Notes under the pieces: model-generated
Seen by the model: the letters and a program-made list of their open reading frames with translations, nothing else
Database searches by the model: none
What the model was told of the DNA's origin: nothing
Program-made: the position numbers and the translations under genes
From: Lama guanicoe
Taxonomy: Eukaryota
Direction of reading: 5' to 3'
Length of the DNA stretch: 64,000 bases
NCBI GenBank assembly: GCA_013239625.1
Contig: MU057202.1
Coordinates: forward strand, 2,493,101 to 2,557,100
Part shown: piece by piece, positions 1-12,579 of the stretch
Numbering within the stretch: the stretch's first letter is position 1
How the letters are laid out: every line of letters begins with the position of its first letter

Positions 1-660
1 AAGTGAGGGCGGGCTCACGCGTGTCACTCCTCCTGCGGACCGGCCCCTCACACCGCCCTTCTCGACCCGGGGGCCTTCCTCGACCTCTGAGGTCCCTCTT
101 CTTCCGCCCGCTCGCCTCCCTAAGGCCCGCCCCTTCCGGCCGACAGCCCGCGGCGCGCCCCACCCCGCCCAGATAATTGGCCCCCTATCAGCCAATCAGG
201 CCCTGCCTTTTAGGTATGTGCGCCAAGCTGGCGGATGATTGGGCGCTGGCTGCACGGAGCTCGGGCCGGCGGGTTAGTGGGCCGGGCCGCGCTCTGGACC
301 AGAGGGGAGGTCGGACTTGGCGTCCGCAACTGTCTTTCGGTTGTCCGGTCCCGGCGGTCATAGGTGGGCGTTGGACCCGGAAGACCTCCCTCCTGCGAGC
401 CGGGGAAGCCCACTCACCACTTCCGACGGATGGGCCTGCCGGGCCGCAGGGCGCCCCAGCTGGGGTGTCTGTGCCCTAGAAGGAGAGAAGGAGGTGGGAC
501 CCGCACCCCGGCCCGGGGCCGATCCGGGCACCGCAAGCATCTCGGTAGGACTGTGTCCCACGCGGTACCTGGGACGTCATTGTGTTTCTGACGTTCAGAT
601 TGAACTGAGCGCCCCGCAAGTCACTTGTTGAATCCGGCAGCCCTACCGATGGGCTCCCGT
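1..660. promoter_or_regulatory. CpG island / promoter, probably the C16orf95-side bidirectional promoter by synteny
   Basis: Dense CpG; GC boxes (GGGCGGG 7-13, CCCCGCCC near 163); oppositely oriented CCAAT boxes (CCAATC 192-197, GATTGG 237-242). No C16orf95 coding sequence recognised; gene identity is from synteny only. Confidence 0.7.
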
Positions 661-827
661 TGTGACGAGAGAATGTGCATTTCTCGAGCAGCCTGGAAGT
701 TAAAAGTCCGTGGAATTCAAAACAGCTGCATCCAGAGGGTGTCGATACAGTTTTGAACCCTCTGGACTGTGTTACTCCCCTCAGCCTCCCCTTCCTCCGC
801 CCTCACACATGCACTCTGGACAGTTAC

Positions 828-3800
828 CAAAATGAAGACAGGGTGTGTGTCTTCACGTTTTAGTAAACCAAACTTTAGTGCTTTCTGCCTCTCTGTTCTT
901 AGAAGATTTTTATTTCTTGGAAACAAGCTTTTCAGTATTTTCATGCTAATTTTGATACTCTCAGTTAATATATCGATATTTGCTCAAATCTTTTTAAGCA
1001 GCCCTACCCGTGATGGGCCATACCTCCATGTGCTGCCCTAGCCTAGGAGAGGGCCCAGAGCTGCGACTGGCTGTGCCCTTGGAGAGCTGGTGGCAGAGGT
1101 GGATTCTCGTCGTCACTCCTGCACGTGGTGAGGGTGGCAGGCTGTGGCAAGATGAGGCTGAGCAGGTGCTCATAAAAGCTTTTCTAAAACCCTGGGTGGG
1201 TGCAGGGAAGCGAGCAGAAAGGGCAACAGCAGCCTTGCCAGGGGCTGCAGGCAAGACTACCAGCTGAGGTTTCCAAAACACCAGCCCCTTGTTTCAGACT
1301 CTGGATTTCCCAAAGATGGGAACCTCCTCTCAGAGAAAAGAAAAGGAAAAGCCTGTCATCTTCTCCAAACGAGGACTTGCCCCCATAGCAGACAGCTATG
1401 GCTGACCCTCTGGGGTGTTTGGGGAGGTTGGGGATGAGGGCAGGTGGGGACAACTCTGGACTTGAGAAAGCTGGTCCCAGAGACAAAGGGCTTGGTGCCC
1501 ACCATAGTGATGGATGTGGGTGGGCAGACAGCCAAGGGCAGGGGTAGGGGTGAGTCCTGCAGGAATGACACTGTCCTCAGGCACCCTGGCCACACAGCGC
1601 TGCCCCAGCCAGCAGCTGGAGGCTGGCCACTCCCCACGTGTGAAGACACGTGTCCGTATCCATATCTCTGAGAACATTACTGTAGAAGCATGTATTACTA
1701 GTAACCCAGAAAAGAACAAAAAGTTGTGCTTTTGTTTTGAGGTTGACTTGTTATTTCAGGATAACCTTACCAACTGACCTGGAACAGGCAGAGAACAGGA
1801 GTTCAACAATTCTAAATCCTGTGGGTTACATTAAATCATAATTTTCAAATAAAATCTAAGTAAAAACTGTCATCTTTAAGTTCTCATGTCCCCCATCAGA
1901 GGACTTTTTGGGCCTCTGAGGCTGAGCAGTCATCCTTTCCTGGCCCAAGCTGCACAGTAGTTTAGGTCAAGATCATACCAGGTGCCACCATTTTAACAGC
2001 CCTGGACACAGGACTCACTTTCTCACCCACACAGGGTGATGTGTTGGGTCCCCATGGGTGGACAGCATTCTGTCAACTCTGCTGCCCCCAACCTTACCCT
2101 TTCCTCGTGGAATCACAGGCTTCATCATCACCCTCACCGACTGTGACACCTAGACTTCTCTCCTCAGTGGCTGTGACAGCATCATCGTGGCCTCCCTTCC
2201 CTTTTTCACTGTGAGCTCCTGCAATCTGCTGGGAGACACGGAACCACTGTCACCGTCCTCCACACGGAAATCAGAGCACTATAAAAGGGCAAAGCCCAGC
2301 TGAGCCAGGCAGCCAGGCTAGGGGGGTTTATTGTTTCCAAATGCCTCTGTCATCGCCTCACCCCCACCCCTGCAGTACCAAGGACCCTGCTGTAGTGCTT
2401 CCCCTGAGATCACTGAAGCGTCCCCGAGAAGAGGCCTCCACACCGTGTCCCCCGTACCCATGGCGCCCTGGGAGAGCTTGCCTTCCAATAGAACTGGAAC
2501 ACAGGGAACAGGAGAGACACTCCATGGCGACGGGGCGGTCCACCTGGGCTCACACGTACATAGAACCACACAAATGCATACAGGACATAGAATTAAAATC
2601 TCACAAGGAATATTAGGGGAAACTGTCTAAAAAGGTGATGATGAAAAGAAGGCTGAGAAACTGCTGAAGGAAGGAAGCCAAACTAAAAAACCTATACATA
2701 CTATGTGATTCCATTTATTTGACCTGAAAAAGGCAGCGCTATAGGACTGGAGAACAGATCAGTGGTTTTGGAGGTGGGGGCTGGCTATGAAGGGGCAGCA
2801 CCAGGGGCTTTGAGGGGGATGGAACATTCTGTATCTTGATTATGGTGCTTATTCACAGCTGTGTGTTGGTCAACTCAAAGAAATAGGCTCACATTAAAAA
2901 TTTACAAGAATTGTATCTCAAAAACCTAACCAAGGAAAAAAAGACAGCTCAGCTATTCCCACTGAAGTGCCAAGGACAGCTACATCTGGGGTGGACCTCG
3001 GGTCTGCTCAGGCCTCCCTCCAAGGCTCCCCACATGTGTCCTGGGTGGCCCACTGCCTCCTTCCCTCTGATTCAGCTCCCAGAGAAGCACCTGTTCATCT
3101 CAGGGCCGGCAGAGCTGTCAGCCCTCCCTGCACTGCCAGAGAGGGTTTCATGCCCTGGAAGGAGTCAGAAAGGCAGGCTTCCATTGTGGATTTCAAGTAA
3201 AAATGGAAGAAGTCTGAAAACTTTACCCAAATGGCCTTTCTTTGTTCTTTTCACCTTGCTGGGGGTGGGTGGTGGTGAGATGAGGTGGGGGGGGGGGACC
3301 ATGCACATGTGCAGTGACCCTAAGCACCCACTAGAGGTCGGGCTACAAAGGGACCAAGTCACAGGGCCCAGGACTGGCCCGGAGCAGGCGCCCCAGGCCT
3401 GCCACTGCGTGCAGGGCACAGGCCATGCGCAGTACCTTCAGGGGAGGGGGGCAAAGTGACGTCCCAGGTGGGGAAGGGGACTCAGCCACAACCCCTCTCA
3501 GCAGTCCAGGCCCAGCCGGATGGGAACATGAGGTACTTTTTAATTTAAATATTTTGCATCCCAAAAGAAATTATAAAGGTTCAAAAACTGCTTTATGGAG
3601 AAGCAGCCCCCGACAGCCATCCCATCCCAGCCCCTGCCCCACCGGAACACCTGGGCAGATGCCTGAGCATGACCACAACTCCTCCCATCTCAGCTGCCAT
3701 CTTCACCAGTCAGGGCATGGGGCTTAGATCAAACAAGATAAATGTTTTTCTTCAGGAGGGATATATGATCTCAGAGAACCACCCAAAGTAAAATTAGGCT

Positions 3801-5103
3801 AAAAAAGCAAAAGGTTCTGACCCCTTCACATGTTCTGGCTGGTCTCCCTGCGAGCACAGGAAGGACCCGGAGAGGGGACCCTTAGGGGTTGCTGAGAGTC
3901 ATGGCGCTGCAGGCCAGCACGCTGTAAATGACAAAGAGCTCCATTCGGTTCCTACTCACAGTCTCAGGCAAACCGACTGCCTTGTGGCTTTCTTCTACTC
4001 TAAATAATTCTGAGTATGTACCGTCAAATTGCACTTCAGATCTCCCAAAAGTAAAGACAGAGAAGTCAGCCTTGGTCGGCACTGGGATGGACTGTGAATT
4101 GGGGGCGAGGGTTGTATAAGAACATTCCCATAAGCATTCTGAAAAGTCAGAACAAGAAAGCAGCTGCTTTCCCAGAGCAACAGCTCCACCCCTGGGCTCT
4201 CCCTACGGGAAGCAGGAGTGGAGGCCCAGCGAGCACGTGGCTAGCTAGTTAGACTGTGCACCCTCCCACCCTCCGCACTGGCCAGGGATGCAGGCACCGG
4301 GCACGGAGCAGCCTGGTGTTGGGGTAGGAGGGGCAAGGGAGGAGAAGGCAGCTGTGCCCATGAGCACCAGCCACAGTGAGCTGGACTGTCCCAGACCCAG
4401 GCGAGGCCAGGAAGGGAGGTACCAGTCTGGACCGAGGGAGGAAGGAGCTTGCAAACCTCCTGCAATGATGCCACCAAACCTGTTCACACTCGGTATTAGA
4501 CGCCGGAGGCCGACAGATCCCGGTATGGAGCCAGACCCACATCAGATAGCCAGAAAAAAAGGTTATTTGCCCCAGCCTCACACCAAAAGCATTCAGCCCC
4601 AAAACAGAAGACTCCCCAATGACCCGTGTTTGAAATCTCTAATCACATGACTTCCATCAACTGGAAGAGCACAGAGCACACCCAGGTATGCAGAGGTGCA
4701 CTGAGACTTCCCCAACCTCACAGCAGCAAAGTGGCAGTGAAGGTGGTGCCATGCAAACATCCAAAGACCCGTCGGGGCCACCTGCCACCCCTAGACTAAG
4801 TCCCATGTGGGCGCAGCCAGTCCCTAACCTGGGTCATTGGGTTCCCCACTGGAACATGCTCTATCAAAACCCTGGTTGCCTTTAGGCCTTGGACAATGAT
4901 GTCAACAGTTCTGAATCCTCACCTACGTTGAGTTCACCAGTCGGAAGTTCCCCATGTGAGCTGGCTGACCATCTGCCATGAAGGGGAGCAGCTGGCACTG
5001 GGTTTCCGCACAGAACCGCCACTGTCCCCGCATCTCACCTACTGAACCGGAAACCAGAAGCCGGCTGAGCATAGGTCAGAGGGGGAGGCCTCTGCTTGAC
5101 CAG
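828..5103 (-). pseudogene. Candidate decayed multi-exon gene (about 12 exon-like blocks with in-frame stops), identity unknown
   Basis: Repeated minus-strand pyrimidine-tract/AG acceptors and GT donors bracket AT-richer blocks, and several join in frame. See the first finding. Confidence 0.4.
2690..2930 (+). mobile_element. Old L1 (L1M-type) 3' end fragment
   Basis: atactatgtgattccatttat...gaacagatcagtggtt...gatggaacattctgtatcttgattatggtg, typical L1MC/ME 3'UTR wording. Confidence 0.7.
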
Positions 5104-5448
5104 CTGTGCAGATGACGAGCCGTTGCCCTTCACTGCTGCTGTCCTGCCTGGCACCACCCAGGCCACTGCCAGGCGGACGGACCCACCCACAGGCCCTGCA
5201 GCCCCGCCTGACACCCAAGACAGAGGCCAATGTGAACGCAGCCAACAGCCCAGGGTTATTTTAGTCACTGTTCGTGGAAACCACATGTAGGCCAGACACT
5301 AGACGCAGAACATCATTCAGATTTGAGACTGGTTTTTAATCCGAAGCAGTCGTCTTCAATCTGCGTGCACTTTACAATGCTAGGGGCCTCGGATGGAGGC
5401 AGTCCCTTAGAGCAGGCCTCAGCTCTAGATGAAAGACATTTTTCTTGA

Positions 5449-5454
5449 TTTATT
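5449..5454 (-). terminator. FBXO31: Candidate FBXO31 polyadenylation signal (AATAAA)
   Basis: TTTATT on plus strand, about 1.85 kb past the stop codon. Further candidates: ATTAAA 5335-5340 and AATAAA 2327-2332. Confidence 0.55.
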
Positions 5455-6822
5455 TAAAATGGAGGTATAGCCTAGCGCCCAGCTGTCCCCCATTATTGTC
5501 CTCAAGGTTTTGAGGCCAGCTGTCACCACTGGGGACGGCCATGCTTGGCACAAGAGAACAGCCACGCTGTGAGAGGGAGGTAGGTGACAGGCTTTTAGGC
5601 TCAGTCCCGCGAGAGATGCAGGAACTGGGATGACGTCCCCACCAACTACAGGTCCTGCTGGAAGGATCTGGGAGGTGAGCTGCGGCGCCTCTGACGAGAC
5701 TTGGCTAACAGGGCTGGGCGGCTGCCCGGGGTGGGGGGGGGGTGCCCACAGAGCCTCCTGGGAGGCCCCGGTGCCGGTTAGGGCCATGCCCAGAGCTCAT
5801 CACTTCTGTGATTCTGGGCAGCAAAGGAAGGCCAAAGCTGCCAAATGTACTGAAGCGAGGGCAGTGAGGGGTTATCATTTTAGAAAAGGGCCAGTCAGGG
5901 AGAAATCCATCAGGAGACACAGTGCACGTTTCATGGGGCACCTCAGCTTGGTCTCTGCATGAAGGCAGTTCCCTTCCCTGGGGCCCCGCACCTGGCATGA
6001 GAGCTCAGCACAGTCCATCCAACGAGGATGAGCAACTGGGGGGACAGAGTATGCCCACCCCAGGAAGCCATACGCCCCAGCTGCCAGGCACGGTGATGGC
6101 TCTATAGGCTGGAGGGGGAGCTGAACCCAACTCCGGAGGCCTGTGTACATGCAGCTGGGGCTCTGTTCTTCAGAAGATGCCAAGATCAGACCGCAGAGGG
6201 GGTCCCCAAGTGCAGGCGTCACGACCTGGGCACACACTGGAGGAAGGGTCAGTGCCTGGGGTCTCCATGCTGAAGGGCCCCCGAGGGTGCTTGGCTCCAA
6301 AGTGCGCCTCCATACGTGTGGGTGATGCTTCCGGAAAGCTGCCCTCTCCCTGCAAAAGGCATCAGACTCGCCCAGCACAACCATTTCTGGTGCTTCGCCC
6401 CCTTCAAGAGCGGTACCTGCGCAAACCACGCAGGAGGAACAGGCGCAGGGCCGTCCCACGGGGCCGCGTCCCAGCTCCGAGAAGCAGTGCAAATCGGGGT
6501 CTGATGCCAGCGGGGGGGGCGGGGGGGGCAGGGCGTGCACTAAGAGAATGCCGTCCGCACGGCTGCAGCCGAGGCCTGGGCTCCGAAGCCTGAGAGGCCG
6601 GGCAAGCACACGGCACCGTGGGGACCAGGGCCAGGGTAGTGATGCAGGGTCTTCAAGCTGCTCGAAGGCTAACAGTGACGTTCTCTGGTGACCCATATCG
6701 CTGACGCCATTTCACTGATTCGAAAACTGAGATTGGGGTGAAGTGCCTTTGTCCCAAATCCAAGCAAGCAGGTGCAGAAATGGGCCCCAGGCCCAATGCG
6801 GCTGACTCCCTGGAGCTGCTCT

Positions 6823-6828
6823 TGCGCG

Positions 6829-6866
<38 letters not shown>
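6823..6866. repeat. (CG)n(CA)n compound microsatellite in FBXO31 3'UTR
   Basis: tgcgcgcgcgcgcgcacacaca...cacg; 44 bp of unbroken purine-pyrimidine alternation. Confidence 0.95.
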
Positions 6867-6867
<1 letters not shown>

Positions 6868-7308
6868 CCCCTACCCGCCCAGGCTGAGTCCAAGTCACCA
6901 AGGCCCTCGCCCAGGCCCTCTGGCTCGCTTCCCGCAGAGAGGACGGTGGAGCCAGTGTTCCATCAGCTGGAGGCAGAATCTTGTGTCCTGAACCTTCCTG
7001 AAGGAGGATTCTGTTTTCCCTAGAAAACAGCCACTCTCTCCAACGCACTTATCTGCACGCCCTGCAGCCGGTGCTCTAGATCAGTCCGGTTGTGGTCTTC
7101 TGTTTTTGTAAGATGTGCTCAGCATTCCCATTGGCTGTTGACAAGCACGCGGGCAGTAGGGCACTCTACGGAAGCGCCTGGGGCAGCCGCGTCGAGGCTC
7201 CTACGAGAAGACGGGGGTCGGGCCAGAGGCAGAGTCTCCCAAGTGCGTGCTGCTGTCCCCATGACACGGGGTCGGGGCCTGGAGCTGCCCGACGCGGGGC
7301 CGGGGCCT

Positions 7309-7680
<372 letters not shown>

Positions 7681-8729
7681 CTAAGAAACAGCAGTTAAAG
7701 GCCGCCGAGAGAGCCATCTGGTGGGCCCCGGGCCTTCGGGAAGCAGGCCTTTCAGTACGTGCCAGACTTTTGGGCTCACCCCACCGACTGCTGCTCCCTA
7801 TCCACCCACCCAACTAGAGGACGAGGGGCCCAGGCAACCTCACCTCGTACCTCTGTCCCAAAGTACGCATCTTCATGATGTGACCCAGGTAACAGATCTC
7901 AGTCCCTGGGACAGTTACATCCACATATGAACAACTCAAATGTAACATAATGACTTATCAGCATGCAGCTGACATTAACTGAGAAGCCAGAACTTGCAAA
8001 TACCCATTACAGCCAAGTTTCTAGATCAGCGGCAGGCTGAAATACGTTTATGTCTTTCTTACAAAGAACTCAGTGTTTCTGACAGGAGACAAGGAGCTTG
8101 GGGCTGGTCCAAGCCTCCCAGTGCATGGAATGGTGCTCAGGACTCCCACTTCCACCTGCCACACAGAGGCTCTGCCAGGCAGGAGGGGGACAGCAGCCCC
8201 AGGTACGAGGGGCTCAGAGGGTTTCTTGGGGTTGGAAGGGGAGCAGCACTGCAGCCCAAAGGGAGGCAAAGTGACGCCCACTGACCTCAGACACAGAGAC
8301 GTGAGCACACACGCCCCTCCTGGCCAACCCCTGATACTCGGCACTGGGTGGAGGACCATGTGTGGCTCCACCGGAGGCTGGACCAGAGCTTCCAGGCCTG
8401 CACGCTGGTGAGCTGGCTGTGAGAGGCTGTGAGTTGTCAAGGCTCCCAGGGATAACAGAGCCCATTCCTTTATGACCTTTCAAAAGTTTACATCGGGTGA
8501 AGTTCCATTGGAACACTATGTGTATGTCTTCCTCTGGAAAACCCAAACTCAGCCACTTTTATCACAACCATATATGTGGAGAGAACATAATGAGTTTTTT
8601 CCATCATACCCACATAGGTGTGCACTCACGCTGTCAGTCTACACATGGGGAGCCAGGAGACCACTGTGGACACACGAGACAGCAGCTGGCCCAGAGGTAA
8701 AGAAAGCAAACCCTCACCCGCAACACGAC

Positions 8730-8930
8730 AAAGGCTGGCACAGAGCCTGTTCCACCAAAACGCACCCTGGGCGACCGACTGGGATCTCTGCGGTGACAGG
8801 ATGTTCCAGACCTGCTCTGTCCACACAAGAGCGGCTACTGAGCATGAAATGTGGCCAGTGTGACTGAGCACCTGAACTTTTAATTTTATTCACTTTAGTT
8901 AATTAAATGTAAACAGCCCTAGAGTGGAGG
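8730..8930. mobile_element. MER3/MER33-like hAT DNA transposon relic
   Basis: actgagcatgaaatgtggccagtgtgactgag...ttttaattttattcactttagttaattaaatgtaaacagcc. Confidence 0.6.
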
Positions 8931-9483
8931 AGACTGGGGTCTCCTCACTCATCTCCAGGGAGCACTGAGTGGCCTGGACAGAAGCGTGTGAACAGCATGC
9001 CAGGCCTGGAGCTGGCTGAGTGGGGTAGGCCTTGACCCAGACTGGAGCCCACAGCCTCTGTGGGGAGGCTGTCCGAGCCAGAGGAGCCAGACGAAGAAAC
9101 GAGGAGGAAGGTGGGGACCCAGGACAAGACTGACTGCAAGGTCTCCCAGGGGAGGTGTGGGTAGGGCCACCACAGCCTACTTTCAGTGCTGCCTGCCGCC
9201 TCACCTGTCCACCTCTCACCTCAGTAGCTGTGCAGCGCAAGGCGCTGGGGTGGAGGCCTCATGCCCAGCAGCTCTAACAGTCCCCATCTGAGGCCCCTGA
9301 GGAGTGAGAAGACAGGAGCCCACAATCTGAGACCCGGTTGTGCCGCCCAGGAGGTAGGGCTGGCACCGGGCACTTGGGCCAAGCTGGCAGTGGACCAGGC
9401 GGACAGAGCTCCCCACCAGTGCAGCACCCAGCGTGGGTCAGCCCGGGCCCCCGGAAGCCCCACCCGCCATTCCGCATCCTCAC

Positions 9484-9848
9484 CACATCCTGCAGGTCCG
9501 GGGATAGTCCTCGTTCCTCGAGCTCACGCCCACGGGCAACACGAACGGCTGCCCCTGCCCAGACTGGACAGGCTGCTCAGCTGCGGCCAAGGCCCCTCCA
9601 TCCCCAGGCTCCCTGCCCTGCTCAGCGGGCGGCTCCGCATGGGGCTGCACAGGGCCTGGCCGGGGCTCTCCCTCGCTGTCCTCAGGCCCGCCTTCCTGCT
9701 GCTGCTCCTGGCGCACCTGCTCGCCCACTTCCAGGACGATGCGGGAGAGCTCGCTGAAGTCACGGAGGCTCTCGACATCGGGCAGCTGGATGCGGTACCT
9801 GAGGTCGATCTCCACTGTCTGCTGCCCAGCAGGGATATTGGGGTCACC
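9484..9848 (-). CDS. FBXO31: FBXO31 exon 8
   Basis: CCGCAG|[16 protein letters not shown]...[14 protein letters not shown]|GTGAGG; 365 nt. Confidence 0.96.
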
Positions 9849-10559
9849 CTGCGGAGCGGGCAGACAGTGGTCAGCAGGCTCAGAGACCCACAGAACACAC
9901 TCTGCACGGCTTCCACCCTCCGACCCACTTCTGGCCAAGAGCGCTCACTCGTCGTTCCTTCTGGTTTGGCAGCACCACATACAGCTCAGAGTATCTTAGA
10001 AACCCTTCAAAAGACAGCGCCCAAAGTAGGCAGCCTTCCGTGAAGGGCCTCTGAGGACTGGCAACAGTGGTGCCCATGAGGGCGGTGGGTACATCCGCAC
10101 CCAGCGACCTCTGAACCAAAGACAACTGAAGAGACAGGACTTGGAGAGGCCCACGGCCGGGTCAGGTGAGTGGCAGGCCTGAAACGCCAGCCCAGGCCTG
10201 TCTGCCTGGAACACAAAAGCTCCTAGGCATGATCCCGGAAGAAGAGCCAGGCCCTGCAGTTCCACGCAGGGCTGAGGAGCTGCAGGACAGCCCACTGTGC
10301 AGACTGTGCAGAGACGCAGCCCAGTCCCAGGCCCTCATCCAGAGAGCTTTCCCAGTGCACAGAGGAGCGGGCGCTGCCCTGCTTCTCCAGGATGCTCTCA
10401 CCCACACCTGCTCGAGGATGGCAGCACAGGGAAGAACAGCCCCTGGAACGAGGGACAGGGGCCTATCGTCCAGAACCCCCACACAGCTCAGCCACCCTCC
10501 CCATGCTTTCCCGAGCTGCTGAGGCCAGGACAGGCTGCGGGAGCCCGAGTACTAGCTAA

Positions 10560-10706
10560 GACCCTGCACCTCAGGGTCACCTGGGGAGCGCCTGGAGCCC
10601 CGCACCCAGTCCATCCCCATTAAATCAGGAACTCTGGGTGGGGCCCGGGTATCACTGTTTTCTCCATCTCCCCAGGGACTCCAGCTTGTAGCCGGGGCTG
10701 AGAGCC
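10560..10706. mobile_element. MER5A-like DNA transposon relic
   Basis: gtcacctggggagc...taaatcaggaactctgggtggggcccgggtatc...gccggggctgagagcca. Confidence 0.6.
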
Positions 10707-10933
10707 ATGTGGGAAGGTGCCTTGGAAACGGTCAGAATCCCCTGGAGATCTCATGGAAGGCAGGTCCTAGATCAACAGGTCCAGGTGGTGTCTGAGACTC
10801 CATGTTCCCAGCAAACTCCCTGCAGTCTGGGTCCCACCCTGAGTAGCTGGGGTGCAGCCCGAGTCAGGCCACATCATGCCAACCTGACCGGGTCTACACA
10901 GCGCTAGGCCCACTAGGCGGCCTCTGGACTCAC

Positions 10934-11087
10934 CGTGATCTTCGTGCCCCTGGCATGCTTCCCGTGGAAGCTGAGCATGACGATCTCCAGGCCGTGGCTG
11001 CCATAGGTGCCCTTGAAGAGGCCAGGCCTGATGAGGTCGTCCGGGTGGCTGGGCGGGAGGTAGATGCGGCGGTAGGTCAGGCAGTTG
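10934..11087 (-). CDS. FBXO31: FBXO31 exon 7
   Basis: CCCTGCAG|(D)[51 protein letters not shown]|GTGAGT; 154 nt. Confidence 0.97.
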
Positions 11088-11694
11088 CTGCAGGGTGGGG
11101 GTGTGGGCAGCGTGAGTGTGCAACGGGCAGAGCCCCACGGCCTGGGCAGCACAGGGCTCACACCTCTCCCGGCCATGCTGCGGTGGTGGTGCCTGCCAGG
11201 CCAGCAGGGAGCAGGGGCACCCCACCTTCCTGAGCCACGCTCCCCCCCTACCCACATGTGCACACGCACCTTACACTGCCTCCAACGGCTGCGGACAGGG
11301 AGCCCTGAGACTGCAAGGGGGACAACACAAAGGAGACATTGCAAAGGGGCTAACGGGCTGTGGGACAGGGCCAGAGGCTGCAGCAGTGGGGAGGCCAAGA
11401 GGCCTCCCGAGCGGGTGTGGGGAAGCAACCACGAGGCTCTAATACACAGGACAGGCCGCAAGAGCACATGGCTGGTGGGTGAGGGTGGTCAGACACCAGG
11501 GTGGGCTGGGGAGGAGAGACGGGGCTGTGCACACAGTGCCCAGAGAGGGACTTCGCTTAGAGTGCCCAGAGAGAGGATGCACTCACAGCACCCACAGAGT
11601 GGGGGGCCAGGCTCACGGCACCTGAGGGAAGGGCCACAGGCAGAGCACTCCGAGAGCGACTGTGCTCACAGTACCCACACTGGGGCTGCACTCA

Positions 11695-12084
<390 letters not shown>

Positions 12085-12579
12085 TCACTTCTGGGTCCCC
12101 ACAGACAGGGGGCGTCTACACTGAGCCTGGTTCTTGGGCTTCTAGAGGGGCGGGCACGGCCGGACTTGACACTCACCAACAACCCAGCCCCGTGCTGGCC
12201 GCGTCAGCAGAACTGCCTTCTGCAGCCACTGATGAGGAATGGGACAGGTACAGGTGGGGTGGGGAGTGCGGCAGATTTTCCATTTTAAAATGTGCCCTTC
12301 ATAATCATGTCATATTCGGAAGGTATGTTTGTGAAAAGAAAGCTTTTCTATACACCACGTCCAAGTAAAGCCCAGTAACTCCACGGGATCAAATAACTCA
12401 AAGGACGTTCAGTGGTAGTAGTTCCGTTCTGTACATTTAACACGATTAATCCGCAGCTCTGAGTTCCCAACGCAACACAGTATTTCTAACGAATGTTTGA
12501 AATCAGCTCTACAAACAGAAGCAAGAGCAATTTCCAAAAAAACGAGAAAAGCTACAATCTGTCAAATGCTTTAATATGT

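Noticed and set aside
2931-5103. Faint kinesin-motor-like phrases in the candidate pseudo-exons (TYAQPASG, LGKV...LPF*, FSGNS*AVF)
   Set aside because: The P-loop GKT and the SSRSH and DLAGSE motifs are absent; the similarity is too weak and depends on frame choice.
5875-6696. 273-aa minus-strand ORF
   Set aside because: Lies in the GC-rich FBXO31 3'UTR, with no recognisable protein.
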